Source of the DNA: an uncultured virus (IMG/VR IMGVR_UViG_3300028591_000018)
Lineage: Duplodnaviria; Heunggongvirae; Uroviricota; Caudoviricetes
Strand: one strand, 5' to 3'
Length of the DNA stretch: 64,000 bases
IMG/VR virus record: IMGVR_UViG_3300028591_000018
Position 1 is the stretch's first letter. Each line of letters begins with the position of its first letter. The notes below the pieces were generated by a model. That model worked only from the letters and a program-made list of their open reading frames with translations. It did no database searches and was not told the DNA's origin. A program made the position numbers and the translations under genes. Shown one piece after another: positions 1 through 9,367 of this stretch.

Positions 1-2781
1 TAAAGACTTATAAGCATTTGAATCAGTAATGTTTTGAATTAATTCACCGATCTTACCAAAAATATTTTTTTGAACTACATTTCCTTCAGCATCTTTTTCA
101 CCAAAAATGAACTTATAAATAGACTTAAAAGCATCTGACCGAAATAAGTTCTCAACTGCGGTTTTAATAGACTGCAATACTCCGCCCATTCTTTTATAGG
201 CTGGAATATAACTGTTTAACTTTTCACTCCATTCAGTTCCGATATGGATCTTTTTACCTAATAGAAATTCTTCAGCAGTCTTTCCAATATCTTTTAATAA
301 TTTCCAAAAGGCACTTACTTTATCATAGATCCATTCAATAGCGCCTTTTACAACTTCACCTTCTTTTTCATAACCGAATAAAAAATCAGCGATTTTCTCA
401 AAAGCAAATAATAAACCGGTAAATATCTTTCCACCAAAACCATTTTGAAGGTCTTCCATTTTCATCTTTATTTTTTCAATCAGACCACCGCTAAAAGAAT
501 AAATTTTGGTAGTTTCACCGGTCAATAGATCAGTAACCTTTTTAACATTTAACTCGCCAAAAATATATGTAAAAACCTGTTTGATTTCTTGCGGAACAGA
601 TGAAAAGAAACCAAATATCTTAGTTCGAATAGTTTCTACAGTATTAGCAACTTTTTCGGGCAGAAGTTTAAGATGCTCATTATAAATTGAAGATATACGT
701 TCTAATAGTCCCGGAACGTGATATAAATAATCGGTCGCAAATGGGTCATTGCTAAAAACATTTTTTCCATGTAAAAATTCATCCCAAGCTTTTGGAATTT
801 TTTCTTCAAAAAAACTATGAATATTTTCTTGTACTGACTCAAAAGCATCATCAGTATAAGCAAATATTGAGGTTAACTCATAAAATCCGTTTATTAACTT
901 ACCTAAAAATGACCCTCCGCCGGACAGATCCTGAAAAGTATTAATAATTTCAATTATTGTTAAATATATGTTCTTTACAGTTTTAAAAATATTTTGAAAC
1001 CCGCCAATTAATTTATCACGTCCACCAAGTTCTGTCAAAGATGCAAAAAATCCTGTCGGTTCGTCTATATCATTAATTTTTGCAATATATTTTTCGTAAG
1101 CTTTGATTTGTTCATCAAGAGCTTTTTCTAATGCTTTTTGCTCTTCATCCCATGGAACATCAATACCGGTTTTCCATGCTTCGGCCAATTCAAGCACATA
1201 TTCATAATCATAACCAAGAGCTTCAATATTTTTTCTCTGAGTTTCGTAATCTCTTCCATATGTATTTGAAGCGAGTAAAATAGCTGTTTGTTTTAATGAA
1301 GTACGTCCGCTTTTTAACTCATTTAAAAGTTTGCTAACTGTCTCACTTTCAGATACAAAATCGGCAGAAACTTGTTTAAAAGCCTGTTCAAGACTTGATC
1401 CATAAATATATTCTGAATTTTCCTTTAATAAATCTTCAAGTGAATTGTAACTGCCGAATATGGCATTCGCAGCTGCTTCCCCTTTACTATTTTTGAGCAT
1501 ATCATAGAGTTTATCCCACAAACGGTTATCCATTTCAGTAGGATCCGGGAATTCATCTAAAAAGTTTTCATAATTTGATGCAAATAGTTGTGCTAAAGTA
1601 TCATTACGACGTTCGCTTCCACCTGCAAAAATATCCCATAAATCATTTGACAATTCTGTCCATAACTTTTTAGATTTTTCATAATTCCCGAAAATAAGTT
1701 CAAAAGTACGCATCCATCCAGAAGAAACAGCATCAGTAGTTGCTTCAATTGCCTGAGTAAAAGTAATAGCTTCCTGAGCCCTTTGAAAAGCCCGAGCTCC
1801 TAAACTATCCATTTGATAGCCTTCTGCCTGAAGAACTTTAATTACTTTTGAAACTGTAAGCCATTCACCGTTATGCTCATCTGCCCATTGCTGTTGGCGT
1901 TCATAAACAGCATTTGCGAAGTCATTATATTCAGCTAATGCGGCATTTAAAACATCTCCGGTAAACCATTTTTGTTTTAATGTCTCCCGCATGTTTTCAG
2001 CAGTTACTGCGAATTTTCCATCAAGGGTACTGATCGTTCCATCTGCATTTTCTTTTAATTCACCCAGTGCAACCGCGGTATCAATAGCTACTTGTTTAAA
2101 CTCAAGAGTAGCCATATTTGCAAGTTCAATCGATTTCCAGTCCTGAATACCGACATAGCCCATACCAATAGCTTGTGAAAGATTATACATAGCTCGGCTT
2201 GCCTGCTGAATTCCGGCACCAGAAAGAGCAGCCCAGTTGGAAATACCCATCATAGAGTCAACAGCTATATCCAGATCTACACCAGCCGAAGTAAATTTAC
2301 CAATATTGTTTACCATATCAGTAAAGCTATAGGAGGTTTCATCTGCAAACCAAATCAATTTTTCAAGATAACCATTTACTTCATTAATTGATAAACCGGT
2401 AGCTGCCATAATTGTCTGTACGGACTCGGTTTTTTGCTCGTATTTTTTCCAACCCGCTGAAATTTGATCAACTGATAATGATTTTGCCAAACTTGTTCCT
2501 GCATCAATTGCCTTATTGACAATTCGGCTAAGAACATTTGCTGCAACCATCTCAAGCATATCAAATTTAACGGTTACATTTTCAAGAGATTTTGCAAGTG
2601 GTTCTATATCACACTTTGCAGCTGCAGAAGAGATATTTTCAAAACTGTCTTCTGCACCATCAAAGTCTAAAGATTCCTTTAATTTATTTATAGTCTTAAT
2701 ACTTTGATTAACATTAGCTTCGAAATTTTCATTATCAAAACGCATTTCAACTACACGTTCATCAATTACATTTTCACTCAT
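1..2781 (-). CDS. Tail tape measure protein (5' part; runs off the left edge)
   Basis: Not in the ORF track. Hand translation from ATG 2781 gives MSENVIDERVVEMRFDNENFEANVNQSIKTINKLKESLDF, a typical TMP N-terminus; it follows the tail genes. Confidence 0.9.
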   Translation of the reverse strand, partial: MSENVIDERVVEMRFDNENFEANVNQSIKTINKLKESLDFDGAEDSFENISSAAAKCDIEPLAKSLENVTVKFDMLEMVAANVLSRIVNKAIDAGTSLAKSLSVDQISAGWKKYEQKTESVQTIMAATGLSINEVNGYLEKLIWFADETSYSFTDMVNNIGKFTSAGVDLDIAVDSMMGISNWAALSGAGIQQASRAMYNLSQAIGMGYVGIQDWKSIELANMATLEFKQVAIDTAVALGELKENADGTISTLDGKFAVTAENMRETLKQKWFTGDVLNAALAEYNDFANAVYERQQQWADEHNGEWLTVSKVIKVLQAEGYQMDSLGARAFQRAQEAITFTQAIEATTDAVSSGWMRTFELIFGNYEKSKKLWTELSNDLWDIFAGGSERRNDTLAQLFASNYENFLDEFPDPTEMDNRLWDKLYDMLKNSKGEAAANAIFGSYNSLEDLLKENSEYIYGSSLEQAFKQVSADFVSESETVSKLLNELKSGRTSLKQTAILLASNTYGRDYETQRKNIEALGYDYEYVLELAEAWKTGIDVPWDEEQKALEKALDEQIKAYEKYIAKINDIDEPTGFFASLTELGGRDKLIGGFQNIFKTVKNIYLTIIEIINTFQDLSGGGSFLGKLINGFYELTSIFAYTDDAFESVQENIHSFFEEKIPKAWDEFLHGKNVFSNDPFATDYLYHVPGLLERISSIYNEHLKLLPEKVANTVETIRTKIFGFFSSVPQEIKQVFTYIFGELNVKKVTDLLTGETTKIYSFSGGLIEKIKMKMEDLQNGFGGKIFTGLLFAFEKIADFLFGYEKEGEVVKGAIEWIYDKVSAFWKLLKDIGKTAEEFLLGKKIHIGTEWSEKLNSYIPAYKRMGGVLQSIKTAVENLFRSDAFKSIYKFIFGEKDAEGNVVQKNIFGKIGELIQNITDSNAYKSL

Positions 2782-3155
2782 AGACCCTTAACCTCCTCCC
2801 ATGATTCCTTAGCCAGTTCCTCAAATATCGGACGAATTGCCGGCTCAATATAATGCAGCCCTGCAACCCAGCCGCCATTCCTGGTGCCATGTCCAGTGTC
2901 CAGAATAATTGCGATGTTCTGACCATTTTGAATATTTGAGTTTAAAAATCGTATCGAAACTGAGTCCTTTGACCGTTCGATTTTGTAATACCATGAATCT
3001 CTTGTTCGCCCGGTCCGTACCGGAGTAACAGACTTCAGAGCTTCAACACCTTTTTCACCATATTTGTCCAAAATACCGAGATTCACGGTCTCTTTTACTT
3101 TTTCAAAGTAATTTGTCAGTTTTGAAAAATTGCCCTTTTGTCTGAATTTGATCAT
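2778..3155 (-). CDS. HK97 gp10-like tail completion/neck protein
   Basis: TPVRTGRTRDSW and GHGTRNGGWV...YIEPA motifs; position before the TMP. Confidence 0.75.
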   Translation of the reverse strand: MIKFRQKGNFSKLTNYFEKVKETVNLGILDKYGEKGVEALKSVTPVRTGRTRDSWYYKIERSKDSVSIRFLNSNIQNGQNIAIILDTGHGTRNGGWVAGLHYIEPAIRPIFEELAKESWEEVKGL

Positions 3156-3164
3156 ATCCCACCT

Positions 3165-3222
3165 TAAAAAATTAAAACGACTTGAAAATCCCGCGAAATT
3201 GCAGAAATTTCAAGCCGTTTCT
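3165..3222 (-). terminator. Intrinsic terminator after the endolysin
   Basis: AAACGGCTTGAAA...TTTCAAGTCGTTT stem followed by a T-rich tract on the minus strand. Confidence 0.55.
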
Positions 3223-3225
3223 TTA

Positions 3226-3894
3226 TTATTGATTTGATAAAAGCTGAGTTTCACCATCATTTACCGCGATCCAAATCGTGTCCCGGCACTCGCAGAACGT
3301 CAAACCGTTTTTTTCAATGGTTTTTCCGGTAAACTCTAAAGGATTTCCATAAGGAAATACTTTTTTTGAAGTAAAATCACTGTTATGTCCAAACACTCCT
3401 GATGGAGCAGATACATAAACTTCTGCAGATAATTTATCTGCGCCAAACAACCCAGAATTATTTTGAATTTCTTTCGGCTGTTTAATACTGTCATCCACGC
3501 TCATTAATGGCAGTTTCATCGGATCGAAATGACTCCGATAGTTATTCCAGGTACTTCGTGCTTCAAAGTGAAGATGCGGTCCTGTGGAATTACCGGTATT
3601 TCCGGAATATCCAATGATTTCACCCTGCGTAACTTTACGACCAACTGTAGTGGTCCGAATCGTAACAAGATGCGCGTACAATGTCGCATGAGAAGCATCA
3701 TGCTCAATAATTACACAATTTCCATAACCGGTCTTATCAAAACCGGCATAACGGACCACCCCATTTTCAGATGCAAAAATGGGGGTACCAACCGGGCAAC
3801 CATAATCAATCCCTGTGTGGAAATTGGAAGTAATTGTTTCCCCGTAATATTGAGTAATCGGCCATTCTCCGGAAAAAGGCTGACGGTAGCTCAT
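3226..3894 (-). CDS. Endolysin, M23 family peptidase
   Basis: HTGIDY (HxxxD), YAHL and STGPHLHFE (HxH) motifs; next to a holin. Confidence 0.9.
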   Translation of the reverse strand: MSYRQPFSGEWPITQYYGETITSNFHTGIDYGCPVGTPIFASENGVVRYAGFDKTGYGNCVIIEHDASHATLYAHLVTIRTTTVGRKVTQGEIIGYSGNTGNSTGPHLHFEARSTWNNYRSHFDPMKLPLMSVDDSIKQPKEIQNNSGLFGADKLSAEVYVSAPSGVFGHNSDFTSKKVFPYGNPLEFTGKTIEKNGLTFCECRDTIWIAVNDGETQLLSNQ

Positions 3895-4259
3895 CCTAAA
3901 ACCTCATCATGAGGAGGGAGCTCTCCGCCATTATTTTTCAAATCCTTTACCGCAGATTCGATATACATCACGATCACATCAACATCCAGAGTAATACCCT
4001 TTGCCGCAAGGTACTTTTCAATTACGTTGATTGCATATTTCTTTTTCTCTTCACCTTTTTCTCCGCCGAAAATCTGCTCTGCAGCCTCAACTGCTTTACG
4101 AGAGACAACATTAAGAATCTCATAAAGTTCGGGGTTCTTATCTTTTACTTTTTTAAAAATTTCAATGCACTTTCCGATCATCCACCCGGCTCCGGCACTA
4201 ATCAGGATCGGGAGGGCTGTCTCGAGAAGAATCTGCAAAATTTTACTCAAAAGTTCCAT
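3891..4259 (-). CDS. Phage holin (LL-H-like)
   Basis: N-terminal TM segment and AVEAAEQIFG..GEEKKKYA...IESAV pattern. Confidence 0.8.
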   Translation of the reverse strand: MELLSKILQILLETALPILISAGAGWMIGKCIEIFKKVKDKNPELYEILNVVSRKAVEAAEQIFGGEKGEEKKKYAINVIEKYLAAKGITLDVDVIVMYIESAVKDLKNNGGELPPHDEVLG

Positions 4260-4271
4260 TTTGAATTCTCC

Positions 4272-4616
4272 TTACTTGGTATTCCATTTGGCAGCTTTTT
4301 CAGTAATGTTTTTATCCACTAAAGCCCGATAAGATTCAAGCTCTGTATTTGCTTTTTCCAAACCGCCATTATGGGTTCCATTAATTACTGCGTAAATCAA
4401 CTCATGAAGACAATCATTTGTTACCTGTTGCCCTCTAAGAGCTAAATACTGATCATACTCACGCTCTTTCTTTTCTGCCATATTCGCAGCATTCATCCTG
4501 TCAAACTGAGTAGTCAGTGTTTTCTGAATCAGCCATTTAAAAAACCAACCGGCAGCAGCAATCAATGCCGCACCGATAAATATTAATAATTTGTTATCAA
4601 TAATACTTGTATCCAT
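4272..4616 (-). CDS. Single-TM membrane protein of the lysis cassette
   Basis: One N-terminal hydrophobic helix; directly upstream of the holin. Confidence 0.6.
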   Translation of the reverse strand: MDTSIIDNKLLIFIGAALIAAAGWFFKWLIQKTLTTQFDRMNAANMAEKKEREYDQYLALRGQQVTNDCLHELIYAVINGTHNGGLEKANTELESYRALVDKNITEKAAKWNTK

Positions 4617-4625
4617 GTTCCGGAA

Positions 4626-5165
4626 TCACCCTTTCGTATTTAACTGCTGTCTGCGTGCCGCATTCAGAGCGGCGTTCCGGCTCATTATGTCTCGCTTACT
4701 TTGCTTTTTGGGAGGCTGATTTTTAATAGAGCAGATTCGAATCAAAGTTAAAAGCCGATTCAAATGCCATTTCTGACACTCAAACGGGATTTGATAAGAA
4801 ATCATCCAATAATAAATCAACTCAGAAGTAATAACCTCATGACTTTTTGGCCCCGGCATCTCACGAACAACTGTTGCGCTCATCGGGGCTTCGATATAGC
4901 TATTCACTTTTTCGATGTTTTCTTTACTCAGTAATTCATATACTTTCGGTTTTACATTCTGAGTCAGAGTCATACAACGAATATAGTCGAGCGTTTCCTC
5001 ATAAGTTTTTGGATCCTTTGAAAGAAACGGTTTGCACCATTTCGCCTCCCATTTTGAAATAGAGACAAGTGAATGCTCCAATTGAAGCGTTTGACCTTCA
5101 GTATAGACAAATTCCTGGCTTGTCTCATTCCATTCTTCACGCGCTTTTACAACCAATTGGAGCAT
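4626..5165 (-). CDS. Putative tail assembly chaperone (second)
   Basis: LEHSLVSISKWE and WHLNRLLTLI motifs; position between MTP and TMP. Confidence 0.6.
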   Translation of the reverse strand: MLQLVVKAREEWNETSQEFVYTEGQTLQLEHSLVSISKWEAKWCKPFLSKDPKTYEETLDYIRCMTLTQNVKPKVYELLSKENIEKVNSYIEAPMSATVVREMPGPKSHEVITSELIYYWMISYQIPFECQKWHLNRLLTLIRICSIKNQPPKKQSKRDIMSRNAALNAARRQQLNTKG

Positions 5166-5182
5166 CAGTCCCTCTTAAATAA

Positions 5183-5593
5183 TTAAGCAGTCGGAAGCGC
5201 GGCCTGCTGCTGTTGCTTTTCAACTGCCGCAGCCATATCAGCAGGAATGATGCCGTTCACAAATTTAGAAGCGGCGTCAGAATCAGAAGCAAGTTCCATG
5301 AACAATTCAGAATAGGCTTCGGTCTGAGCAAAAGACTCAGACAGTTCCTGACTCTTAACAAACCGTTTACCATCAGGACTCTTTTCACCATAAGCCTTCA
5401 TAATAATATCTTTGAAGACTTTAATAATCGACGGGGCGTCCTGAGTGTCAATGATACGCTGGATCATTTCTGTCAACCCGCCGGCAGTGCTCATTTCCAT
5501 TTCCATAATTTCAGCTTTTGTGAGATTGAAATAAAAATCTTCCTCACGCTTATTACCATTGTAGTCAGTATAAGTAATGTGTTTCTTAAGCAT
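5183..5593 (-). CDS. Putative tail assembly chaperone
   Basis: ITYTDYNG..REEDFYFNL; directly after the major tail protein. Confidence 0.65.
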   Translation of the reverse strand: MLKKHITYTDYNGNKREEDFYFNLTKAEIMEMEMSTAGGLTEMIQRIIDTQDAPSIIKVFKDIIMKAYGEKSPDGKRFVKSQELSESFAQTEAYSELFMELASDSDAASKFVNGIIPADMAAAVEKQQQQAALPTA

Positions 5594-5620
5594 ATTTAGT
5601 CCTTATTCCTTTCGTTATTT

Positions 5621-5656
5621 AAAAATTAAGGAGCCCCATTTTTCAGAGGCTCCTTA
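5621..5656 (-). terminator. Intrinsic terminator after the major tail gene
   Basis: TAAGGAGCC/GGCTCCTTA stem plus T tract. Confidence 0.7.
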
Positions 5657-5677
5657 TAAAAATATCAATTTACTAAA

Positions 5678-6364
5678 TTAGGCAAAAATCTGAGCGATCT
5701 CGGCCGGCAGCGGCAGACGAGCATCAACAGCCTCAGTACTGCCACTTGCAGGAGTACCATAAAGAATCTTTTCCAAATTGCCAAGCTTGGTGGCATCAGC
5801 TTTTGTAGAATCAATGGTAATGCAAGAGACCGGCTTATGACCAGAAACAATAACCGGGGTCGTAGTGATTTCCCAACTGAAAGTGATCGCTTCAGGGGAA
5901 TCATTAATCGTCTGATACTGACGTTCAGACGGGGAAGCCTTACAGCCATAGATCAGATGGAGCTTATAACCATGATCATTACCATCAATATCATTACCAA
6001 GAACGGTACGATAACAAAGACCAAAGGTCTTGCGACTCTGCTGACCAAGAACAACACCAGTTGCGAGCTCAGCAGAACCATCACACTCAGCCCATTCATC
6101 CGGATAAGTATAAGCTTCAACCGTCGCACCAAATTCTTCAGCAGAATAGAGGTTCAGATATTTAATGTTATCTGCATAAATTGCATTAGCTTCAGCACCG
6201 GACGGGCTTTCAGAGACAGAAGAAAGACCATTCCAGGCAACACCAGGGGTATAAACACCAGAATCATTAATCGGATAAAGCACCCCATGATCAAGACCAG
6301 TTTCGTAAAAACGACTGCCACTATCATCCCATGTAAGCTTATAAACAACTTCATCGTTAGCCAT
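5678..6364 (-). CDS. Major tail protein
   Basis: YETGLDHGVLY, GVAWNGL, YADNIKY motifs (phi13-like MTP). Start moved to ATG 6364, which has an AAGGAG RBS. Confidence 0.85.
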   Translation of the reverse strand: MANDEVVYKLTWDDSGSRFYETGLDHGVLYPINDSGVYTPGVAWNGLSSVSESPSGAEANAIYADNIKYLNLYSAEEFGATVEAYTYPDEWAECDGSAELATGVVLGQQSRKTFGLCYRTVLGNDIDGNDHGYKLHLIYGCKASPSERQYQTINDSPEAITFSWEITTTPVIVSGHKPVSCITIDSTKADATKLGNLEKILYGTPASGSTEAVDARLPLPAEIAQIFA

Positions 6365-6384
6365 AATATATAATCTCCTTAAAT

Positions 6385-6714
6385 TCAAAAGTAAAGTCGA
6401 AAAGTGTCATGATTCAAATTATCCTGCTCATAATGTCTCGTATGTCTGCAGCACGGCAGATGAGCAATTTTATAAATAGTCAAACTGTTCGGAGCAGGAT
6501 CAATCACTACTACTTCATATTCAGCAGTCAATTTATGAATGCCGTTATCGGCCCGGATCGGTTCCAGATTAGTCCGGGTGTACACAATTGCGGGGTATTT
6601 CATTCGAACATTCGAAGGCGGCTGAAAATATACATTTCTGCTCCCCAAAATATCTTCGAATTTCTTTTGAAGTTCCAAACGTTTTATTTCAAATATCTCA
6701 AAAGGATCATCCAT
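6385..6714 (-). CDS. Tail terminator/completion protein
   Basis: NVYFQPP...YPAIVY motif; position before the MTP. Confidence 0.7.
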   Translation of the reverse strand: MDDPFEIFEIKRLELQKKFEDILGSRNVYFQPPSNVRMKYPAIVYTRTNLEPIRADNGIHKLTAEYEVVVIDPAPNSLTIYKIAHLPCCRHTRHYEQDNLNHDTFRLYF

Positions 6715-7021
6715 GATAAAGCCCCCCCAAAGATAAAATAAGTCGAGGATATTGCACCTCGACTTCAGAAATTTTCCATTTGGAATTCAAAAATATCACA
6801 TATCGCATTGCATGAAAATTTTCAAATGCGTATGGATCCGCAACAATACTGATACGATTCGAAATCTCGATATCGTCGTTCACATTCCCTGAAGTTTGGA
6901 GCCTTCGGGAGTTATGGATCACATCGCCATAATACTGCCGCTCCGTAACTTCTTCGGTCCAAACTCCGGGAGTAGTTTCTTTTTGAACGGCGAAACCGAC
7001 TTTTCCAGCAAATCTCGCCAT
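6707..7021 (-). CDS. Head-tail adaptor/stopper
   Basis: Size, beta-rich pattern and position after the capsid gene. Confidence 0.65.
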   Translation of the reverse strand: MARFAGKVGFAVQKETTPGVWTEEVTERQYYGDVIHNSRRLQTSGNVNDDIEISNRISIVADPYAFENFHAMRYVIFLNSKWKISEVEVQYPRLILSLGGLYHG

Positions 7022-7037
7022 TTTGAATAATTACAAA

Positions 7038-9296
7038 TTATTCACGTTCACAGACAAGACGCTGCAGACCGAAGACCTTTGTGACCTTCGCACCGTTCTT
7101 GGTAGTGATCACACGGATGGTCTGAGAATCCGGGTTCGAGATACGGCCAACCCAGGTCATGTCGGAATCCAGAGTGACCGGGCCGCTCTTACCGCCAACG
7201 ATCTCTACAGTGGTCGTAGAACCGGTCTCAGTATCGAAGGACAAAGCAAGATAGTTACCGCTCTGTTCTCTCACATTATCACTGAATCCGGTGTAATCTT
7301 CAACATAGTGCAGAGTACCGGAAATATAATCGTCATTGACATTCACGTTAGACTGAAGATCAGAAACAGACTTCCCAAGAAGCTGTTCATCAGGATCAAC
7401 AGCATCAACAGTAAGGGTCAGACCATTGCCGACATAAAATTCCAGAGCAACTGCACCAAACGGAACAGTCATCGCACCGGAGCAGCGGGTTTCGATCAGA
7501 TACTTCTGAGCATTGAAGTCAATATCGAAATCATCGAACATATTCACAGAACCACCCTGATCGGCGCCGACATTATAGTCTTCAAGATTGACATAAATAC
7601 CTGCCAGAACCAGTTCATTATTGCTGCTGTCATAGCGGGACTTACCTTCCATTACCGGAACAGTCACGATTTCCTTGCAGCGCAGAACCTGAGCAAGTTT
7701 GTCAACAGATTCATAAATGAAGCGGCCATTCAGATCTTCCAGCATCAGCATGGCAGTAAGCATGTCTTCAGTGGTAAACATGGTCGGATTACCGGAGCCC
7801 TTATAAAGCTTTCGGGATTTGACACAGCCCTTAATGAAAGCTTTCGCCTTCTGATCATCAGTGGCATTTGCGGGAATCGAAACAGGATACTTCACTGTGA
7901 ACAGATCAGCATCTTTCCAGATCGGGCGAATACACTGTTCATTGATTTTATCCTCAGAAGAAGAAAGACGGCCATCACCGATCAGATATGCACGGGCAAG
8001 TTCTTCGTCCAGCATCTGGCGCATTTCTTTCTTCATCCAGGCAACCACATCGAAATCAGTAATATCAATCTGATCATCACGATCGATCTTCTGTTTCTTA
8101 TAAACAGTGGTCGGATTTGTAGCCCGGCGGAGCAGACTGAAGACTTCGTCCTTCTTCAGATTACCCTTCATATAACCCCGGGCACGAGCTTCGTCAGCAG
8201 TGATATCCGCCATCAGAGACTTTACACGGCTGAAAGGTGTGTGATGCACTCCACCCATAACCTTCTGAACCCAATTATCTTCACGCTTGATGAAAATCGG
8301 TTCATTGGTAATATTTCGATCATCCGGGAACAGATAATCAATGTTATCAATACCATGGGCAAGGAAAGCATCCTTCAGGCTGCCGCCACGGCGGGCATCT
8401 TCAAAAATCTCTTCCATATCGCTATGAGAGAGAACATTATCATACTCATTACCCCATTCATCTTCAAAAACGTTATGTTTCATATCTTCGTCATCACCGC
8501 CATTCTGTTCGTCTGCATAGCTAGCACCATCGCGAAGTGCAGCACCAATCAAAGCTTGAAGTACTGCAGTCTGTTCATCATCAAAAGTATCCAAAATATC
8601 CTGTACAGTTCTACCTGCCATATTTTCTTCATCTCCTTCGTTATTACTGTGCTTCATTTCGTCATCTTCATCCTCTTTCTCTTCACCTTCATCGGAGTTG
8701 CCGATGTTATCATGAAGAGCCTGGCCAATGAGTGCGTAAACCACAGCTTTCTGTTTGTCAGTCAGTGTATTAAAAACATCGCCGACAGTTTCTTCTTTAT
8801 TGTTTTTGGAAGATTTGTCAGCGTGTTCAAGGCCGAATTCGATTTCTTCACCACTATAAATAATGGCTTCTTCATCGTCTTCGCCTTCACTATGAGCCAT
8901 AACGGTATCAATAAATGCCCCGGGATTTGCGCCGGCAAGGACAAGAGAAACTTCACGGATCGCACCATGAAGAACATTTGCACCCTGCTGTTTCAGTTTA
9001 TTGGCGTAAATTGAGAGAGCAGAAACATCACCGTGTTCAACCAGCATTTTTGCATTGCGGCCGGACTCAGTATCATTAAATTTGCAGTATGCATAAACAC
9101 CCTGATCACGATTCTCAAGCAGCGCATGCCCAAGAACATTTTCAGGTTCGTTATGCTGGTGGTTCCATACCAACGGAACGGTCATTCCATCGTTGTCACG
9201 GAAAGCATCACGCAAAATAACGCGGCCATCCGAGCAGCGAAGATTGTTCCGAGTAGCCCACCCTGAAAAATCATAGGTTTCTGACATACTCGTCAC
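7038..9296 (-). CDS. Prohead protease-scaffold-major capsid fusion with C-terminal extension
   Basis: N-terminal HK97-type protease (VPLVWNH, LSIYA, IREVSLVLAGANPGA), acidic linker, HK97-fold capsid region, beta-rich C-terminal tail. Confidence 0.88.
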   Translation of the reverse strand: MTSMSETYDFSGWATRNNLRCSDGRVILRDAFRDNDGMTVPLVWNHQHNEPENVLGHALLENRDQGVYAYCKFNDTESGRNAKMLVEHGDVSALSIYANKLKQQGANVLHGAIREVSLVLAGANPGAFIDTVMAHSEGEDDEEAIIYSGEEIEFGLEHADKSSKNNKEETVGDVFNTLTDKQKAVVYALIGQALHDNIGNSDEGEEKEDEDDEMKHSNNEGDEENMAGRTVQDILDTFDDEQTAVLQALIGAALRDGASYADEQNGGDDEDMKHNVFEDEWGNEYDNVLSHSDMEEIFEDARRGGSLKDAFLAHGIDNIDYLFPDDRNITNEPIFIKREDNWVQKVMGGVHHTPFSRVKSLMADITADEARARGYMKGNLKKDEVFSLLRRATNPTTVYKKQKIDRDDQIDITDFDVVAWMKKEMRQMLDEELARAYLIGDGRLSSSEDKINEQCIRPIWKDADLFTVKYPVSIPANATDDQKAKAFIKGCVKSRKLYKGSGNPTMFTTEDMLTAMLMLEDLNGRFIYESVDKLAQVLRCKEIVTVPVMEGKSRYDSSNNELVLAGIYVNLEDYNVGADQGGSVNMFDDFDIDFNAQKYLIETRCSGAMTVPFGAVALEFYVGNGLTLTVDAVDPDEQLLGKSVSDLQSNVNVNDDYISGTLHYVEDYTGFSDNVREQSGNYLALSFDTETGSTTTVEIVGGKSGPVTLDSDMTWVGRISNPDSQTIRVITTKNGAKVTKVFGLQRLVCERE

Positions 9297-9321
9297 CTCT
9301 TTTTCATTAGAATTTGTAGTT

Positions 9322-9347
9322 AAAAAGAAAAAGGCGCCGAAGCGCCG
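9322..9347 (-). terminator. Intrinsic terminator after the portal
   Basis: GGCGC-TTCG-GCGCC hairpin followed by TTTTTCTTTTT. Confidence 0.7.
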
Positions 9348-9367
9348 TTATTTAAAACATTTTGAAA

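Noticed and set aside
4626..5593. Programmed frameshift between the two tail chaperones
   Set aside because: No clear slippery heptamer near the first stop; the second ORF has its own RBS (GAGGGA) and ATG.
7023..9014. 663-aa + strand ORF
   Set aside because: Antisense shadow of the capsid gene, with no RBS or recognisable motif; explained by the capsid's codon bias.
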